Below are positions 43,654-58,337 of a stretch of DNA of 64,000 bases, piece by piece. The stretch is taken from the NCBI RefSeq assembly GCF_013315695.1, contig NZ_CP054353.1. One strand, 5' to 3'. The notes beneath the pieces are model-generated. The model had not been told where the DNA came from. It saw nothing but the letters and a program-made list of their open reading frames with translations, and made no database searches. A program made the position numbers and the translations under genes. The first letter of the stretch is position 1. Each line of letters starts with the position of its first letter. This DNA is from Escherichia coli (GTDB lineage: Bacteria > Pseudomonadota > Gammaproteobacteria > Enterobacterales > Enterobacteriaceae).

Positions 43654-45081
43654 TTATTTCGTGTTTTTCGACGACGGTAATTCAATGCGGAAACAAACAT
43701 CTTGCCCGCTCTCGTCGACCAGATACAGTTCCCCTTGCATACGGCGAATACAATCCCTGGCAATGCTTAATCCCAGACCGCTGCCCTTCACCGCCCCTTT
43801 TCGCTGGTGGCTTCCCTGAAAAAAGGGTTCGAAGATCATGGCGCGTTCCTCTTGCGGAATGGGCGTGCCTGTATTGATGACATCAATATAAACCCGCGCA
43901 CCATGTAAACTGCTGCGAAGGCAAATGTTACCGGATTCAGCCCCGTAGTGCACCGCATTGGAGTAAAGATTATCCAGTACGCTCATCAGCAGCATTGGCT
44001 CCGCCAGGCAAGCTGTTGCTTTGAGATCAACGTCGGTATGCATCATTTTAGCCCGTGCGGGCAGGCTATGAGCAGAAACCACAGTCTCCACCAGCGGTGC
44101 TAACTCAACATTCTCCAGTTCCACCGCACTGTCCGCCTGTTTACGGTTGTAATCAAGCAGTTGTTCGATCAGTTTTTGCAAATTGCGGCTGCTGCTATCA
44201 AGAATGCTCACCACCTCTTTTTGCTCTGGCGTAAGCGGCCCGACAACCTGGTCAGCCAGTAATTCAGTGCCCTCGCGCATACTCGCCAGTGGCGTTTTTA
44301 ATTCATGAGATAAATGTCTTAAAAATTGATGGCGTTGGGATTCCAGCCATGACAGGCGCTCACTTAACCAAAGAATACGTTGCCCAACCGAGCGTAACTC
44401 GCTCGGTCCACTGAACGAAACGCTATTGCCCAGAGAACGCCCTTCCCCCAGCCGGTTGATCATGCGCTCGATATTTTTCACCGGACCGATAATCATCCTC
44501 GTGAAAAGCAGTACCATCACCAGACTCACCAGAAATAGCACCAGCGATTGCCAACCAAAATATTGCCCACGTTCGGCGATTTCACGCTGAAGTTGCTGCC
44601 CACGAGAGAACACCACTGTGCGCGTGGCCTGCACCATTTCGGTATTGGCACTGGCAAAGGCTTCAAGACGTGCGGCGGCAGCAGCATCGGGACCGCTGTT
44701 GTTACACTGAAGTTGAGCCAGATTATTCAAATCCTGACGTAATGCCTGGTAGAGTTTATCGTCCGGCAGCACGCCTGCGTGGGCATCGAGCATTTCGCTG
44801 TAACGCTTGCGCTGGCTTTGATAAACCTTCGCAAGCGTAGGGTCGTCCAGCACGCAATACTGACGGTAGCTACGCTCCATCTCCAGCGCCGCGTTGGTCA
44901 TCGCTTCACTACGCCGGGCATCAATAAGCGTAGTGCGGTTAACCAGCGCCGCCTGATCGCTAAGCGCATTCAGGCTTTGCCAGGCTTGCCATGCCAGCAC
45001 CAACAGGGGTAGCAGAATCAGCAAAAATGCCAGCATTACCAGTTGTCGTAATGAGCGGGGAAAAACGGGCCAGCGTTTCAA
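43654..45081 (-). CDS. glrK: Sensor histidine kinase GlrK (YfhK/QseE), 475 aa, TTG start
   Basis: TTG at 45081 gives MKRWPVFPRSL...; H-box HELKTPL; two transmembrane segments. Confidence 0.9.
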   Translation of the reverse strand: MKRWPVFPRSLRQLVMLAFLLILLPLLVLAWQAWQSLNALSDQAALVNRTTLIDARRSEAMTNAALEMERSYRQYCVLDDPTLAKVYQSQRKRYSEMLDAHAGVLPDDKLYQALRQDLNNLAQLQCNNSGPDAAAAARLEAFASANTEMVQATRTVVFSRGQQLQREIAERGQYFGWQSLVLFLVSLVMVLLFTRMIIGPVKNIERMINRLGEGRSLGNSVSFSGPSELRSVGQRILWLSERLSWLESQRHQFLRHLSHELKTPLASMREGTELLADQVVGPLTPEQKEVVSILDSSSRNLQKLIEQLLDYNRKQADSAVELENVELAPLVETVVSAHSLPARAKMMHTDVDLKATACLAEPMLLMSVLDNLYSNAVHYGAESGNICLRSSLHGARVYIDVINTGTPIPQEERAMIFEPFFQGSHQRKGAVKGSGLGLSIARDCIRRMQGELYLVDESGQDVCFRIELPSSKNTK

Positions 45082-45137
45082 GGTGTTACTCTCGTCAGAC
45101 GCGAATAGCCTGATGCTAACCGAGGGGAAGTTCAGAT

Positions 45138-45323
45138 ACAACAAAGCCGGGAATTACCCGGCTTTGTTATGGAATAAGGCGGTGCCTAACTCGACGTTTC
45201 GCCCGAGGGTTGATATAGCTACGCTGATATCAGAAGTTGGACGGCAGGCACCTTGTTGTGCGTCATTCGAATTTTATGTAGCACGTCCCGAAGGGGCTGA
45301 CATAAGTCGGTGAATGAGCCACT
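45138..45323 (-). ncRNA. glmY: GlmY small RNA
   Basis: Minus-strand sequence AGTGGCTCATTCACCGACTTATGTCAGCC...AAAGCCGGGTAATTCCCGGCTTTGTTGT matches GlmY as I recall it; terminator hairpin at the 3' end; lies directly upstream of glrK. Confidence 0.85.
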
Positions 45324-45334
45324 GGTTACTATTA

Positions 45335-45350
45335 TGCAGTAACTGTGCCA
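45335..45350 (-). promoter_or_regulatory. Sigma54 (-24/-12) promoter of glmY
   Basis: Minus-strand TGGCAC-N5-CTGCA placed about 12 nt upstream of the glmY 5' end. Confidence 0.75.
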
Positions 45351-45439
45351 ATAAAGAAAATAGTTTGGTAACGTACTGATTATACGCTGCTTTGAGGGGT
45401 TTATGGCTTCTCCGCTATTTGAATGTAAATCAGCCACTG

Positions 45440-45553
45440 TGTCGCTAAAAAGAGACAACTTAAGATAATTTTATTAGATAATATTAAAATCAATGAGTTA
45501 AGTGTCGCCAGAAAGCGACATGGCAAACCACCCATTGTCGTGATTTACAGACA
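45440..45553. promoter_or_regulatory. Three TGTC-N10-GACA boxes (GlrR-type binding sites) upstream of glmY
   Basis: TGTCGCTAAAAAGAGACA (45440-45457), TGTCGCCAGAAAGCGACA (45503-45520), TGTCGTGATTTACAGACA (45536-45553). Confidence 0.8.
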
Positions 45554-45602
45554 CAAAAAAGCTCCCGGAGTTGGGAGCTTATGATAGTGGTTGGTGCTTA
45601 AT

Positions 45603-45633
45603 GCCGGATGCGGCGTGAATGCCTCATCCGGGC
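45603..45633. repeat. REP element downstream of purL
   Basis: GCCGGATGCGGCGTGAATGCCTCATCCGGGC. Confidence 0.7.
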
Positions 45634-45657
45634 TGCAAAACCAATGAGTTTGACGGC

Positions 45658-48600
45658 TTACCCCAACTGCTTACGTGCATTGCGGAAAATGCGCATCCAT
45701 GGGCCATCCTCGCCCCAGTTTTCCGGATGCCAGGAGTTGCTGACAGTACGGAAAACACGTTCCGGGTGCGGCATCATAATAGTGACTCGACCACTTTCAG
45801 TCGTGACCGCCGTAATACCATTCGGAGAACCGTTCGGGTTAGCCGGGTAGGTTTCAGTGACTTTGCCGAAGTTATCGACATAGCGCAGTGCCACCAGCCC
45901 TTTACTTTCCAGCGCCACCAGATGCGCCGCATCACGCACTTCCACGCGCCCTTCACCATGAGAGACAGCAATCGGCATTTGCGAGCCCACCATCCCCTGC
46001 AATAGCAGCGACGAGCTTTGGGTTACTTCAACCAGGCTGAAACGCGCTTCAAAGCGATCGGAGGTATTGCGCACAAAACGTGGCCACAACTCACTACCTG
46101 GGATCAGTTCGCGCAGATTAGACATCATCTGGCAACCGTTACATACCCCCAGCGCCAGCGTTTGCGGACGGTGGAAGAAGGTTGCAAACTCATCGCGTAC
46201 ACGGTCATTGAACAGGATAGACTTCGCCCAGCCTTCACCAGCACCCAGCACGTCACCGTAGGAGAATCCGCCGCACGCTACCAGAGCGTGGAAATCCTCC
46301 AGGCCCGTGCGTCCAGCCAGCAGGTCGCTCATATGCACATCGATTGCATCGAAGCCTGCACGGTGGAAAGCTGCCGCCATTTCAACATGCGAGTTCACCC
46401 CCTGCTCACGCAGCACGGCAACTTTCGGACGCGCACCAGTGGCAATATACGGTGCTGCCACATCTTCGTTGATATCGAACGACAGTTTCACATTCAGGCC
46501 CGGATCGGCGTCGTTTGATTTCGCCTGGTGCTCCTGGTCGGCACACTCCGGGTTGTCACGCAGGCGCTGCATCTGCCAGGTAGTTTCTGCCCACCAGACA
46601 CGCAACGTAGTGCGGCTTTCGCTGAATACAGTCTGCCCGTTGGCGGTAATCACAAAACGGTCACCGGAAACCGCCTGCCCTACATAATGGACGCAATCCG
46701 CAACCCCATGCAGTGCCAGTACGGACTCGACCGCTTCACGGTCAGCGGCACGAACCTGAATCACCGCACCCAGTTCTTCGTTAAACAACGCCGCCAGGCG
46801 ATCGTCACCCAGAGAGGCGATATCTGCGTCAATGCCACAATGACCAGCAAACGCCATTTCCGCCAGCGTTACCAGCAGGCCGCCATCAGAGCGGTCGTGA
46901 TACGCCAGCAGCTTACGCTGTGCTACCAGCGCCTGAACCGCGTCATAGAAACCTTTCAGTTGCGCGACATCGCGTACATCTGCCGGTTTGTCGCCAAGCT
47001 GACGATAAACCTGCGCCAGCGCCGTTGCACCCAACGCGTTATTGCCTTTGCCCAAATCAATCAGCAACAGTGCGTTATCTTCGGTAGAAAGCTGCGGCGT
47101 GATGGTGTGACGCACATCTTCCACACGGGCAAATGCGGAAATCACCAGCGACAGCGGCGACGTCATTTCGCGCTCTTCGTTACCTTCCTGCCAGCGGGTT
47201 TTCATCGACATAGAGTCTTTACCCACCGGGATCGTCAGGCCCAGCGCCGGACAAAGTTCTTCGCCCACAGCTTTAACGGCTTCATACAGGCCCGCATCTT
47301 CACCAGGGTGGCCTGCCGCCGCCATCCAGTTGGCGGAAAGTTTAATGCGTTTGATATCGCCAATCTGTGTTGCGGCAATATTGGTTAACGCTTCACCGAC
47401 CGCCAGACGGGCAGAGGCGGCGAAATCCAGCAGCGCAACCGGCGCACGCTCGCCAATCGCCATCGCTTCGCCGTAGTAGCTATCGAGGCTGGCGGTAGTG
47501 ACCGCGCAGTTAGCGACCGGCACCTGCCACGGACCCACCATCTGATCGCGCGCTACCATGCCGGTTACGCTGCGATCGCCGATGGTCACCAGAAAGGTTT
47601 TCTCCGCCACAGTCGGCAGATGTAACACACGTTTCACCGCGTCAGCGATGGTGATCCCTTCACGGGCCAGCGCGTCGCCTTTCGCTTTCAGCGTTTGTAC
47701 ATCGCGAGTCATCTTCGGCGTTTTGCCGAGTAGCACGTCCAGCGGCAGATCGATGGGTTGATTATCAAAATGACGATCGTGCAGAGAAAGATGTAATTCT
47801 TCGGTGGCCTCGCCAATCACCGCGTAGGGTGCTCGTTCACGCTTACACAGTTCGTCAAACAGCGGTAACTGATCGGCAGCAACCGCCAGCACGTAGCGTT
47901 CCTGGGATTCGTTACACCAGATCTCCAGCGGGCTCATGCCCGGTTCGTCGCTCAGGATATCGCGCAGTTCAAATTTACCGCCGCGCCCGCCGTCGCTCAC
48001 CAGTTCCGGCATGGCGTTAGAAAGACCGCCTGCGCCAACGTCGTGGATAAACAGGATTGGGTTGGCATCACCAAGCTGCCAGCAACGGTCGATCACTTCC
48101 TGGCAGCGACGCTCCATCTCCGGGTTGTCGCGCTGTACGGAAGCAAAGTCGAGGTCCGCATCAGACTGACCAGATGCCATAGAAGACGCCGCGCCGCCGC
48201 CAAGACCGATGTTCATTGCCGGGCCGCCGAGAACGACCAGCTTCGCACCAACGTTGATCTCGCCTTTTTGTACGTGATCGGCGCGAATGTTGCCGATCCC
48301 ACCCGCCAGCATGATCGGTTTGTGATAACCGCGCAGCTCTTCGCCATTGTGGCTGTTCACTTTTTCTTCATAGGTACGGAAGTAGCCGTTCAGTGCCGGA
48401 CGACCAAATTCGTTGTTAAATGCCGCGCCGCCCAGCGGACCTTCTGTCATGATGTCCAGCGCGGTGACAATGCGCTCAGGCTTACCGAAATCTTCTTCCC
48501 ACGGTTGTTCAAAGCCAGGAATACGCAGGTTGGATACGGAGAAACCGACCAGGCCAGCTTTCGGCTTCGCGCCGCGGCCGGTGGCACCTTCATCGCGGAT

Positions 48601-49545
48601 TTCACCGCCGGAACCGGTCGCCGCGCCCGGCCACGGAGAAATCGCCGTCGGGTGGTTGTGGGTTTCAACTTTCATCAGAATATGCGCCGGTTCCTGATGG
48701 AAATCGTAGCGGCCCGTTTCGTGGTCGGCAAAGTAGCGACCCACTTCAGAACCTTCCATTACGGCGGCGTTATCTTTATAAGCAGAGAGAACGTGGTCTG
48801 GCGTGGTTTCGAAGGTGTTTTTGATCATCTTGAACAGCGATTTCGGCTGCTGTTCACCGTCGATAATCCAGTCGGCGTTAAAAATTTTGTGACGGCAGTG
48901 CTCGGAGTTCGCCTGCGCGAACATATACAGCTCGATGTCGTTCGGGTTACGACCAAGCTTTGTGAACGCATCCTGCAGATAGTCAATCTCATCTTCCGCC
49001 AGCGCCAGACCAAGACGCAGGTTAGCGTCGATTAGCGCCTGACGGCCCTGCCCCAGCAAATCAATGCTGGTGACCGGGGTTGGCTGATGATGAGCAAACA
49101 ACTGCTCTGCATCATCTAAAGCAAAAAAGACCGTTTCCATCATGCGGTCGTGCAGTTCAGCGGTCACCTGCTGCCATTGTTCATTGGTCAGCGTACCGGC
49201 TTCTATATAGTAAGCCACGCCGCGCTCAAGGCGGTTAACCTGTTGCAGCCCGCAGTTATGGGCAATATCGGTCGCTTTCGAAGACCAGGGAGAGATGGTG
49301 CCAGGACGCGGGGTCACCAGCAGGAGTTTGCCTTGCGGGGCGTGGCTGGCGAGTGCCGGGCCATATTTCAGCAGGCGTTCAAGTTGTGCGTGCTCATCAT
49401 CGTTTAACGGCGCATTGAGGTCAGCAAAATGGACATACTCGGCGTAAATAGTGTGAACCGGGAGCCTGGCAGCCTGAAAACGTGCCAGCAGTTTGTTGAT
49501 TCGGAATGCCGACAATGCAGGCGAACCACGCAGAATTTCCATCAT
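45658..49545 (-). CDS. purL: Phosphoribosylformylglycinamidine synthase, 1295 aa
   Basis: Full-length [23 protein letters not shown]... Confidence 0.97.
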   Translation of the reverse strand: MMEILRGSPALSAFRINKLLARFQAARLPVHTIYAEYVHFADLNAPLNDDEHAQLERLLKYGPALASHAPQGKLLLVTPRPGTISPWSSKATDIAHNCGLQQVNRLERGVAYYIEAGTLTNEQWQQVTAELHDRMMETVFFALDDAEQLFAHHQPTPVTSIDLLGQGRQALIDANLRLGLALAEDEIDYLQDAFTKLGRNPNDIELYMFAQANSEHCRHKIFNADWIIDGEQQPKSLFKMIKNTFETTPDHVLSAYKDNAAVMEGSEVGRYFADHETGRYDFHQEPAHILMKVETHNHPTAISPWPGAATGSGGEIRDEGATGRGAKPKAGLVGFSVSNLRIPGFEQPWEEDFGKPERIVTALDIMTEGPLGGAAFNNEFGRPALNGYFRTYEEKVNSHNGEELRGYHKPIMLAGGIGNIRADHVQKGEINVGAKLVVLGGPAMNIGLGGGAASSMASGQSDADLDFASVQRDNPEMERRCQEVIDRCWQLGDANPILFIHDVGAGGLSNAMPELVSDGGRGGKFELRDILSDEPGMSPLEIWCNESQERYVLAVAADQLPLFDELCKRERAPYAVIGEATEELHLSLHDRHFDNQPIDLPLDVLLGKTPKMTRDVQTLKAKGDALAREGITIADAVKRVLHLPTVAEKTFLVTIGDRSVTGMVARDQMVGPWQVPVANCAVTTASLDSYYGEAMAIGERAPVALLDFAASARLAVGEALTNIAATQIGDIKRIKLSANWMAAAGHPGEDAGLYEAVKAVGEELCPALGLTIPVGKDSMSMKTRWQEGNEEREMTSPLSLVISAFARVEDVRHTITPQLSTEDNALLLIDLGKGNNALGATALAQVYRQLGDKPADVRDVAQLKGFYDAVQALVAQRKLLAYHDRSDGGLLVTLAEMAFAGHCGIDADIASLGDDRLAALFNEELGAVIQVRAADREAVESVLALHGVADCVHYVGQAVSGDRFVITANGQTVFSESRTTLRVWWAETTWQMQRLRDNPECADQEHQAKSNDADPGLNVKLSFDINEDVAAPYIATGARPKVAVLREQGVNSHVEMAAAFHRAGFDAIDVHMSDLLAGRTGLEDFHALVACGGFSYGDVLGAGEGWAKSILFNDRVRDEFATFFHRPQTLALGVCNGCQMMSNLRELIPGSELWPRFVRNTSDRFEARFSLVEVTQSSSLLLQGMVGSQMPIAVSHGEGRVEVRDAAHLVALESKGLVALRYVDNFGKVTETYPANPNGSPNGITAVTTESGRVTIMMPHPERVFRTVSNSWHPENWGEDGPWMRIFRNARKQLG

Positions 49546-49619
49546 AAGTCTCTCGTCTTCTAAGCTTTCGGTGTACCCAAGGGGGGGAAACGGGCGTCAT
49601 TATAAAGAATCTGATGCGC

Positions 49620-49635
49620 TGACGAAACCGTTTGC
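49620..49635. promoter_or_regulatory. PurR box in the purL leader
   Basis: Palindrome ACGAAACCGTTTGCGT (minus strand ACGCAAACGGTTTCGT) matches the PurR operator consensus. Confidence 0.65.
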
Positions 49636-49802
49636 GTGGAAATAAAATCACCATCGTGAATTAGCAACGCGTGCCGCCAATGGCTGTAATAAGTTGCCAA
49701 CTGGCGCAGGTTTACGCAAAATGCCGCTCATTTATGAGTAAACCTTTCACTATTATTACGTTTTTTCAAGCTGGGACGCGCACGACACAGAGAATTAACT
49801 AA

Positions 49803-51904
<2,102 letters not shown>

Positions 51905-51916
51905 CTATGCTTTACT

Positions 51917-52552
51917 CTATTCCAGTTGCTGGAGTTCACCGCGCGGGGTTACTCGCCAACGATGCTGACAGAAATAAAGCAGCGGGTTGTCCTGATTACT
52001 GTCGCTATAGCCACTGTACAGCCGCAGCGGCGTGCCGATTTTGCGCTCCAGTTGCGCGACCTTCTCATGCCCGAGGCAACGCATCGTCAATACCCAACCA
52101 CCATAGCCACGCTGAATCTGACTGGCGATAAGATTAACCCGCGGCAGCCAGGGCGTATCGAAATAAACCGCTTCAACCAGCGGCTGCGGAGAGCCGGTAA
52201 TCAACCAGATATCAGCATCGGAACTTAACAGGTAGGTGGTTAATCGCTCCTGAACCAGCGGAAAGGCGGTAACATTGTCACGAAACCAGCGTACGAAATC
52301 GGCCTGCAACGCCTGCAAACGCGCTTCATTGTGACCAAAAGTGCATCCCCACAGAAGCAGACTCATCGGCCAGCGTGCCGCACGGCCTTTTATCAATAAC
52401 GCAATGGCTATGATCGGCAACAACGGCAGGACAAGCAACGCATTCAGCGGTTGGCGACGCAGTAAATAACGCAAAAAACTGCCGAACATATCCTGCTGAT
52501 GCAATGTTCCATCTAAGTCAAAAAACACCACACGACGCTCGTGAGTTGCCAA
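51917..52552 (-). CDS. pgpC: Phosphatidylglycerophosphatase C (HAD family), 211 aa
   Basis: DLDGTL motif near the N-terminus; N-terminal region followed by transmembrane segment. Confidence 0.9.
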   Translation of the reverse strand: MATHERRVVFFDLDGTLHQQDMFGSFLRYLLRRQPLNALLVLPLLPIIAIALLIKGRAARWPMSLLLWGCTFGHNEARLQALQADFVRWFRDNVTAFPLVQERLTTYLLSSDADIWLITGSPQPLVEAVYFDTPWLPRVNLIASQIQRGYGGWVLTMRCLGHEKVAQLERKIGTPLRLYSGYSDSNQDNPLLYFCQHRWRVTPRGELQQLE

Positions 52553-52760
52553 ACCATACTCCTCTGGACTGAAACATCCTGATTAATTTTCGCTACTACA
52601 TAGCCTAACAGATAGATCATCACTTTTCCGGCAACAATCGACCGCATCATGGCTAACTGGAATTTTTAATTCATGGCAATTAGCGGCAATGGAATATAAA
52701 ATTCACTCGCGTGTGTCTCATATTGCCTGTTGTCGCCATTATTTCATCGCGAGGAAAGAT

Positions 52761-53609
52761 ATGAACGGCTTACTTCGTATCCGTCAACGTTACCAGGGGC
52801 TTGCCCAGAGTGATAAAAAACTGGCGGATTATCTGCTGCTACAACCTGATACGGCGCGCCATTTAAGCTCTCAGCAACTGGCCAACGAAGCCGGAGTCAG
52901 TCAGTCCAGCGTCGTGAAGTTCGCGCAAAAACTCGGCTATAAAGGTTTTCCGGCGCTTAAGTTGGCGTTGAGTGAAGCGCTGGCAAGCCAGCCGGAATCT
53001 CCCTCCGTGCCCATTCATAACCAAATCCGCGGTGATGATCCGTTACGGCTGGTCGGCGAAAAACTGATTAAAGAAAATACTGCCGCTATGTATGCAACGT
53101 TAAACGTTAATAGTGAAGAGAAACTGCATGAATGCGTAACAATGTTGCGCTCTGCGCGGCGGATAATTCTGACCGGTATTGGCGCTTCGGGTCTGGTGGC
53201 GCAAAACTTTGCCTGGAAGCTGATGAAGATTGGCTTCAATGCTGCCGCAGTGCGCGATATGCATGCGCTACTCGCTACAGTACAGGCGTCGTCCCCTGAC
53301 GATCTGTTATTAGCCATTTCCTACACCGGTGTACGGCGCGAGTTAAACCTGGCGGCAGATGAGATGCTGCGAGTGGGCGGAAAAGTGCTGGCGATTACCG
53401 GCTTTACTCCCAATGCCCTGCAACAGCGTGCTTCTCATTGCCTGTATACCATTGCCGAAGAACAAGCGACAAACAGTGCTTCAATCTCTGCTTGTCACGC
53501 GCAGGGAATGTTAACGGATTTGCTGTTCATTGCGCTGATTCAGCAGGATCTGGAACTGGCACCAGAACGTATTCGTCATAGCGAAGCGCTGGTGAAAAAA
53601 CTGGTCTGA
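52761..53609 (+). CDS. yfhH: RpiR-family transcriptional regulator YfhH, 282 aa
   Basis: ATG at 52761 with GAGGAAAG upstream; helix-turn-helix and SIS domain layout. Confidence 0.88.
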   Translation: MNGLLRIRQRYQGLAQSDKKLADYLLLQPDTARHLSSQQLANEAGVSQSSVVKFAQKLGYKGFPALKLALSEALASQPESPSVPIHNQIRGDDPLRLVGEKLIKENTAAMYATLNVNSEEKLHECVTMLRSARRIILTGIGASGLVAQNFAWKLMKIGFNAAAVRDMHALLATVQASSPDDLLLAISYTGVRRELNLAADEMLRVGGKVLAITGFTPNALQQRASHCLYTIAEEQATNSASISACHAQGMLTDLLFIALIQQDLELAPERIRHSEALVKKLV

Positions 53610-53628
53610 GTAAAGAATGCGCGTATAA

Positions 53629-53925
<297 letters not shown>

Positions 53926-54118
53926 TATTCTGCTCTGGAAGTAGAGTGTTAATTATCTTATAGAGAAACCTTAACGCTATTATATTTATTTGATTGATGA
54001 AATTAGCATAATCATTCACTAAGTAAATTTATATAGTATCTGCCCAGACACTTATTTATAGTTATTAAAGGCGCGTCCGATTGGTTCACCGAACGCACCT
54101 TAAGTACGTTTCCTTGTG

Positions 54119-54199
54119 TTATAAGAACAGAAGGATCAGCTGTAAAACAGCAATGATGATTTTGATAACCCGTTTAATCAGGTATCGGCAATCAGTCAT
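54119..54199 (-). CDS. shoB: Type I toxin ShoB, 26 aa (MTDCRYLIKRVIKIIIAVLQLILLFL)
   Basis: Hand translation of the minus strand from ATG 54199 to TAA at 54119-54121. Confidence 0.85.
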   Translation of the reverse strand: MTDCRYLIKRVIKIIIAVLQLILLFL

Positions 54200-54520
54200 T
54201 CGTTTTTCCTTAAACAAGGAATGCAGCCGTTCAGATTAGCCCTTAATCACCCCAAAACTGAACGTGCGAGTTATTGGAATCGAGTGCTGCACTCCACACC
54301 AGAGCTTTGACGACACCACTCGTTTCAATGGGGGAATTCAGTGGCATGGTGTAAAGCACAGCAATATTGCCAATAACGAAACCGATTTTAATGTACTTAT
54401 CAAAAAGCGGTCACGTTAATCTTTTCATCAATGTCGATTTCTTCGTAAAGGCTCGCGTTTTTTATGTCAGAGATTGCAAGTTGCTTGTACAGGATAACGA
54501 AATTGATCCATAATCATTTC

Positions 54521-54595
54521 TGTTGGAATCGTGTGCTGCACAAAATTAAAGTTGTAAAGTGAACCCCCCCGTTCCTTACCAGTTCGGGGGTTTTA
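54521..54595 (+). ncRNA. ohsC: OhsC antitoxin small RNA (boundaries approximate)
   Basis: Promoter TTGTAC-N18-CATAAT; the 19-nt element TTGGAATCGTGTGCTGCAC at 54523-54541 is a direct repeat of 54274-54292 in the shoB leader, giving antisense pairing; intrinsic terminator at 54564-54594. Confidence 0.7.
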
Positions 54596-54619
54596 CTTTA
54601 TAAAGAGAACGGTATTTTT

Positions 54620-55000
54620 TTAACTTTCAATAATTACCGTGGCACAAGCATAGTGGCGTTCATCTGCCAGCGTTACATGCATATTTACAACGCCGAGCTT
54701 TTCCGCCAGTTTTAATGCCTCACCCCATAGCCGTAGCCGTGGTTTGCCGAGCTCATCATTGAATACTTCAAACTGATTAAACGCCAAACCATTGCGGATC
54801 CCGGTGCCAAACGCTTTTGCCGCCGCTTCTTTCACAGCAAAACGCTTTGCCAGAAAACGCACCGGCTGGTGGTGCGTTTTCCAAATTTCCCATTCGTTAT
54901 CGCTTAATACGCGGCGTGCCAGGCGCTCACCGGATCGGGCGATCACCGATTCAATGCGAGCGATCTCCACAATATCCGTACCTAAACCTAATATTGCCAT
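54620..55000 (-). CDS. acpS: Holo-ACP synthase, 126 aa
   Basis: [17 protein letters not shown]... Confidence 0.95.
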   Translation of the reverse strand: MAILGLGTDIVEIARIESVIARSGERLARRVLSDNEWEIWKTHHQPVRFLAKRFAVKEAAAKAFGTGIRNGLAFNQFEVFNDELGKPRLRLWGEALKLAEKLGVVNMHVTLADERHYACATVIIES

Positions 55001-55731
55001 TAGCCACGCGCTTCCAGCATCAAACGCTTCATTTCTGCCACCGCATCTTTCAGTCCAGTCATCACTGCACGACCAATAATGGCATGACCGATATTCAGTT
55101 CATGCATCTCAGGGATGGCGGCAATGGCTTTCACGTTGTGATAGGTCAGACCGTGACCAGCGTTAACTTTCAGACCGAGACTAGCGGCAAAGGTCGCGGC
55201 TTTGGCGATACGCGCCAGCTCTTGCGCCTGTTCGGCGTCAGTTTTGGCATCAGCATAGCAACCGGTGTGGATCTCGATAAACGGTGCGCCAACCTCTGCC
55301 GCAGCTTTGATCTGCTCTTCATCGGCGTCGATAAACAGAGAAACCTGGATCCCGGCCTCCGCCAGACGTTTGCAGGCATCGCGCATTTTTTCACGCTGTC
55401 CAGCGACGTCCAGGCCGCCTTCGGTTGTTACTTCCTGACGCTTTTCCGGTACCAGACAGCAAAAATGTGGCTTCGTCTCAACGGCGATCGCCAGCATCTC
55501 TTCGGTCACCGCCATCTCCAGATTCATGCGGGTATCCAGCGTCTGACGCAGGATGCGCACATCGCGGTCGGTAATGTGGCGGCGATCTTCACGTAAATGC
55601 ACGGTAATGCCGTCTGCTCCCGCCTGCTCGGCAATAAACGCCGCCTGCACCGGATCCGGGTAAGCAGTACCGCGTGCGTTACGCAGCGTTGCAATATGGT
55701 CAATGTTGACGCCTAACAGTAATTCAGCCAT
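55000..55731 (-). CDS. pdxJ: Pyridoxine 5'-phosphate synthase, 243 aa
   Basis: ATG at 55731 gives [21 protein letters not shown]... Confidence 0.95.
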   Translation of the reverse strand: MAELLLGVNIDHIATLRNARGTAYPDPVQAAFIAEQAGADGITVHLREDRRHITDRDVRILRQTLDTRMNLEMAVTEEMLAIAVETKPHFCCLVPEKRQEVTTEGGLDVAGQREKMRDACKRLAEAGIQVSLFIDADEEQIKAAAEVGAPFIEIHTGCYADAKTDAEQAQELARIAKAATFAASLGLKVNAGHGLTYHNVKAIAAIPEMHELNIGHAIIGRAVMTGLKDAVAEMKRLMLEARG

Positions 55732-55742
55732 GACAATCCTCA

Positions 55743-56471
55743 TCATTCATAATGTGTTTTCACCGTTCGCTTAGGCATAAACTGCCGGAACAGTTCCCTG
55801 CTCTTTAATGGTTTACCGCCAAGATACGGCTTAAGCGCCATGCGGGTAAAGCGTTTCGCGGCGCGCAGTGTGTCTGCGTCAGGAAATTCCCGCACGTTTA
55901 ACGCTTTTAACTGCCTTCCGGTGAATGTTTTATTGTCGATAACGACGCTTGCGATAAACCCTTTTTCTTCGCGATAACGATACGTCATGGTGTCATCTAC
56001 CGGCTCGCCGCTACCCGCACAATGAGTAAAATTGACGCCATAGCCCAGATGCCCGAGCAGTGCCAGTTCAAAGCGGCGCAGCGCGGGTTCTGGCGTACCA
56101 GTGGCACCTGCAAGTGACTGAATGCAGTGCAAGTAATCGAAAAAGAGTTCAGAGAAGCGCGTCTCGTATTCCAGTACGCGGGAGAGAAGTTCGTTGATGT
56201 ACAGACCGCTGTAAAGCGTGATACCGCTTAATGGCAGCGCCAGCGAGACAGCTTCAGCACTGCGCAGCGTTTTGACTTCGCCACGCCCGCCAAAACGTAG
56301 CAAGAGAGGGGTGAAAGGCTGTAATGCACCTTTCAGAGTAGAGCGTTTAGAGCGTGCGCCTTTGGCAACCAGACGCACGCGACCCGATTCCTCCGTGAAG
56401 ACGTCCAGCATCAGGCTGGTTTCGCTCCACGGGCGACTATGCAGGACAAATGCGCGCTGCCAGCCTTCCAT
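55743..56471 (-). CDS. recO: DNA repair protein RecO, 242 aa
   Basis: Full-length ORF; synteny in the rnc-era-recO operon. Confidence 0.95.
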   Translation of the reverse strand: MEGWQRAFVLHSRPWSETSLMLDVFTEESGRVRLVAKGARSKRSTLKGALQPFTPLLLRFGGRGEVKTLRSAEAVSLALPLSGITLYSGLYINELLSRVLEYETRFSELFFDYLHCIQSLAGATGTPEPALRRFELALLGHLGYGVNFTHCAGSGEPVDDTMTYRYREEKGFIASVVIDNKTFTGRQLKALNVREFPDADTLRAAKRFTRMALKPYLGGKPLKSRELFRQFMPKRTVKTHYE

Positions 56472-56482
56472 CGGAGTTACTC

Positions 56483-58095
<1,613 letters not shown>

Positions 58096-58293
58096 TCAGC
58101 ACACGAAACAGACCTGATATACATGGCTCTGCTAACTGCTTCGCTGCAGTTTCAGTTTACCGGTATATGGGGACCAACGCTGTTTCGTGTGCCGTGGCAA
58201 CCTGGAGGTGCCAACCTTAAACTTCGGGGGAATATTCTATACACAACGACGGGGGATGTCGTTAGCCACGGGAGATTTATCTCATAAATAATT

Positions 58294-58322
58294 CACGTTG
58301 TCGCCATAACGGCGACAACGTG
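58294..58322 (-). terminator. Hairpin downstream of lepB / within the rnc leader
   Basis: CACGTTGTCGCC(ataa)GGCGACAACGTG perfect inverted repeat. Confidence 0.5.
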
Positions 58323-58337
58323 AACGAAGATGGGCTA

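Noticed and set aside
48043-49035. Long ORFs antisense to real genes (for example 48043..49035 and 46528..47388 in purL, 38539..39486 in glyA, 13790..14668 in iscS, 29627..30457 in yphD, 15434..16078 in trmJ)
   Set aside because: Each lies wholly inside a well-supported gene on the opposite strand, has no recognisable motifs and is typical of stop-poor antisense frames in GC-rich coding sequence.
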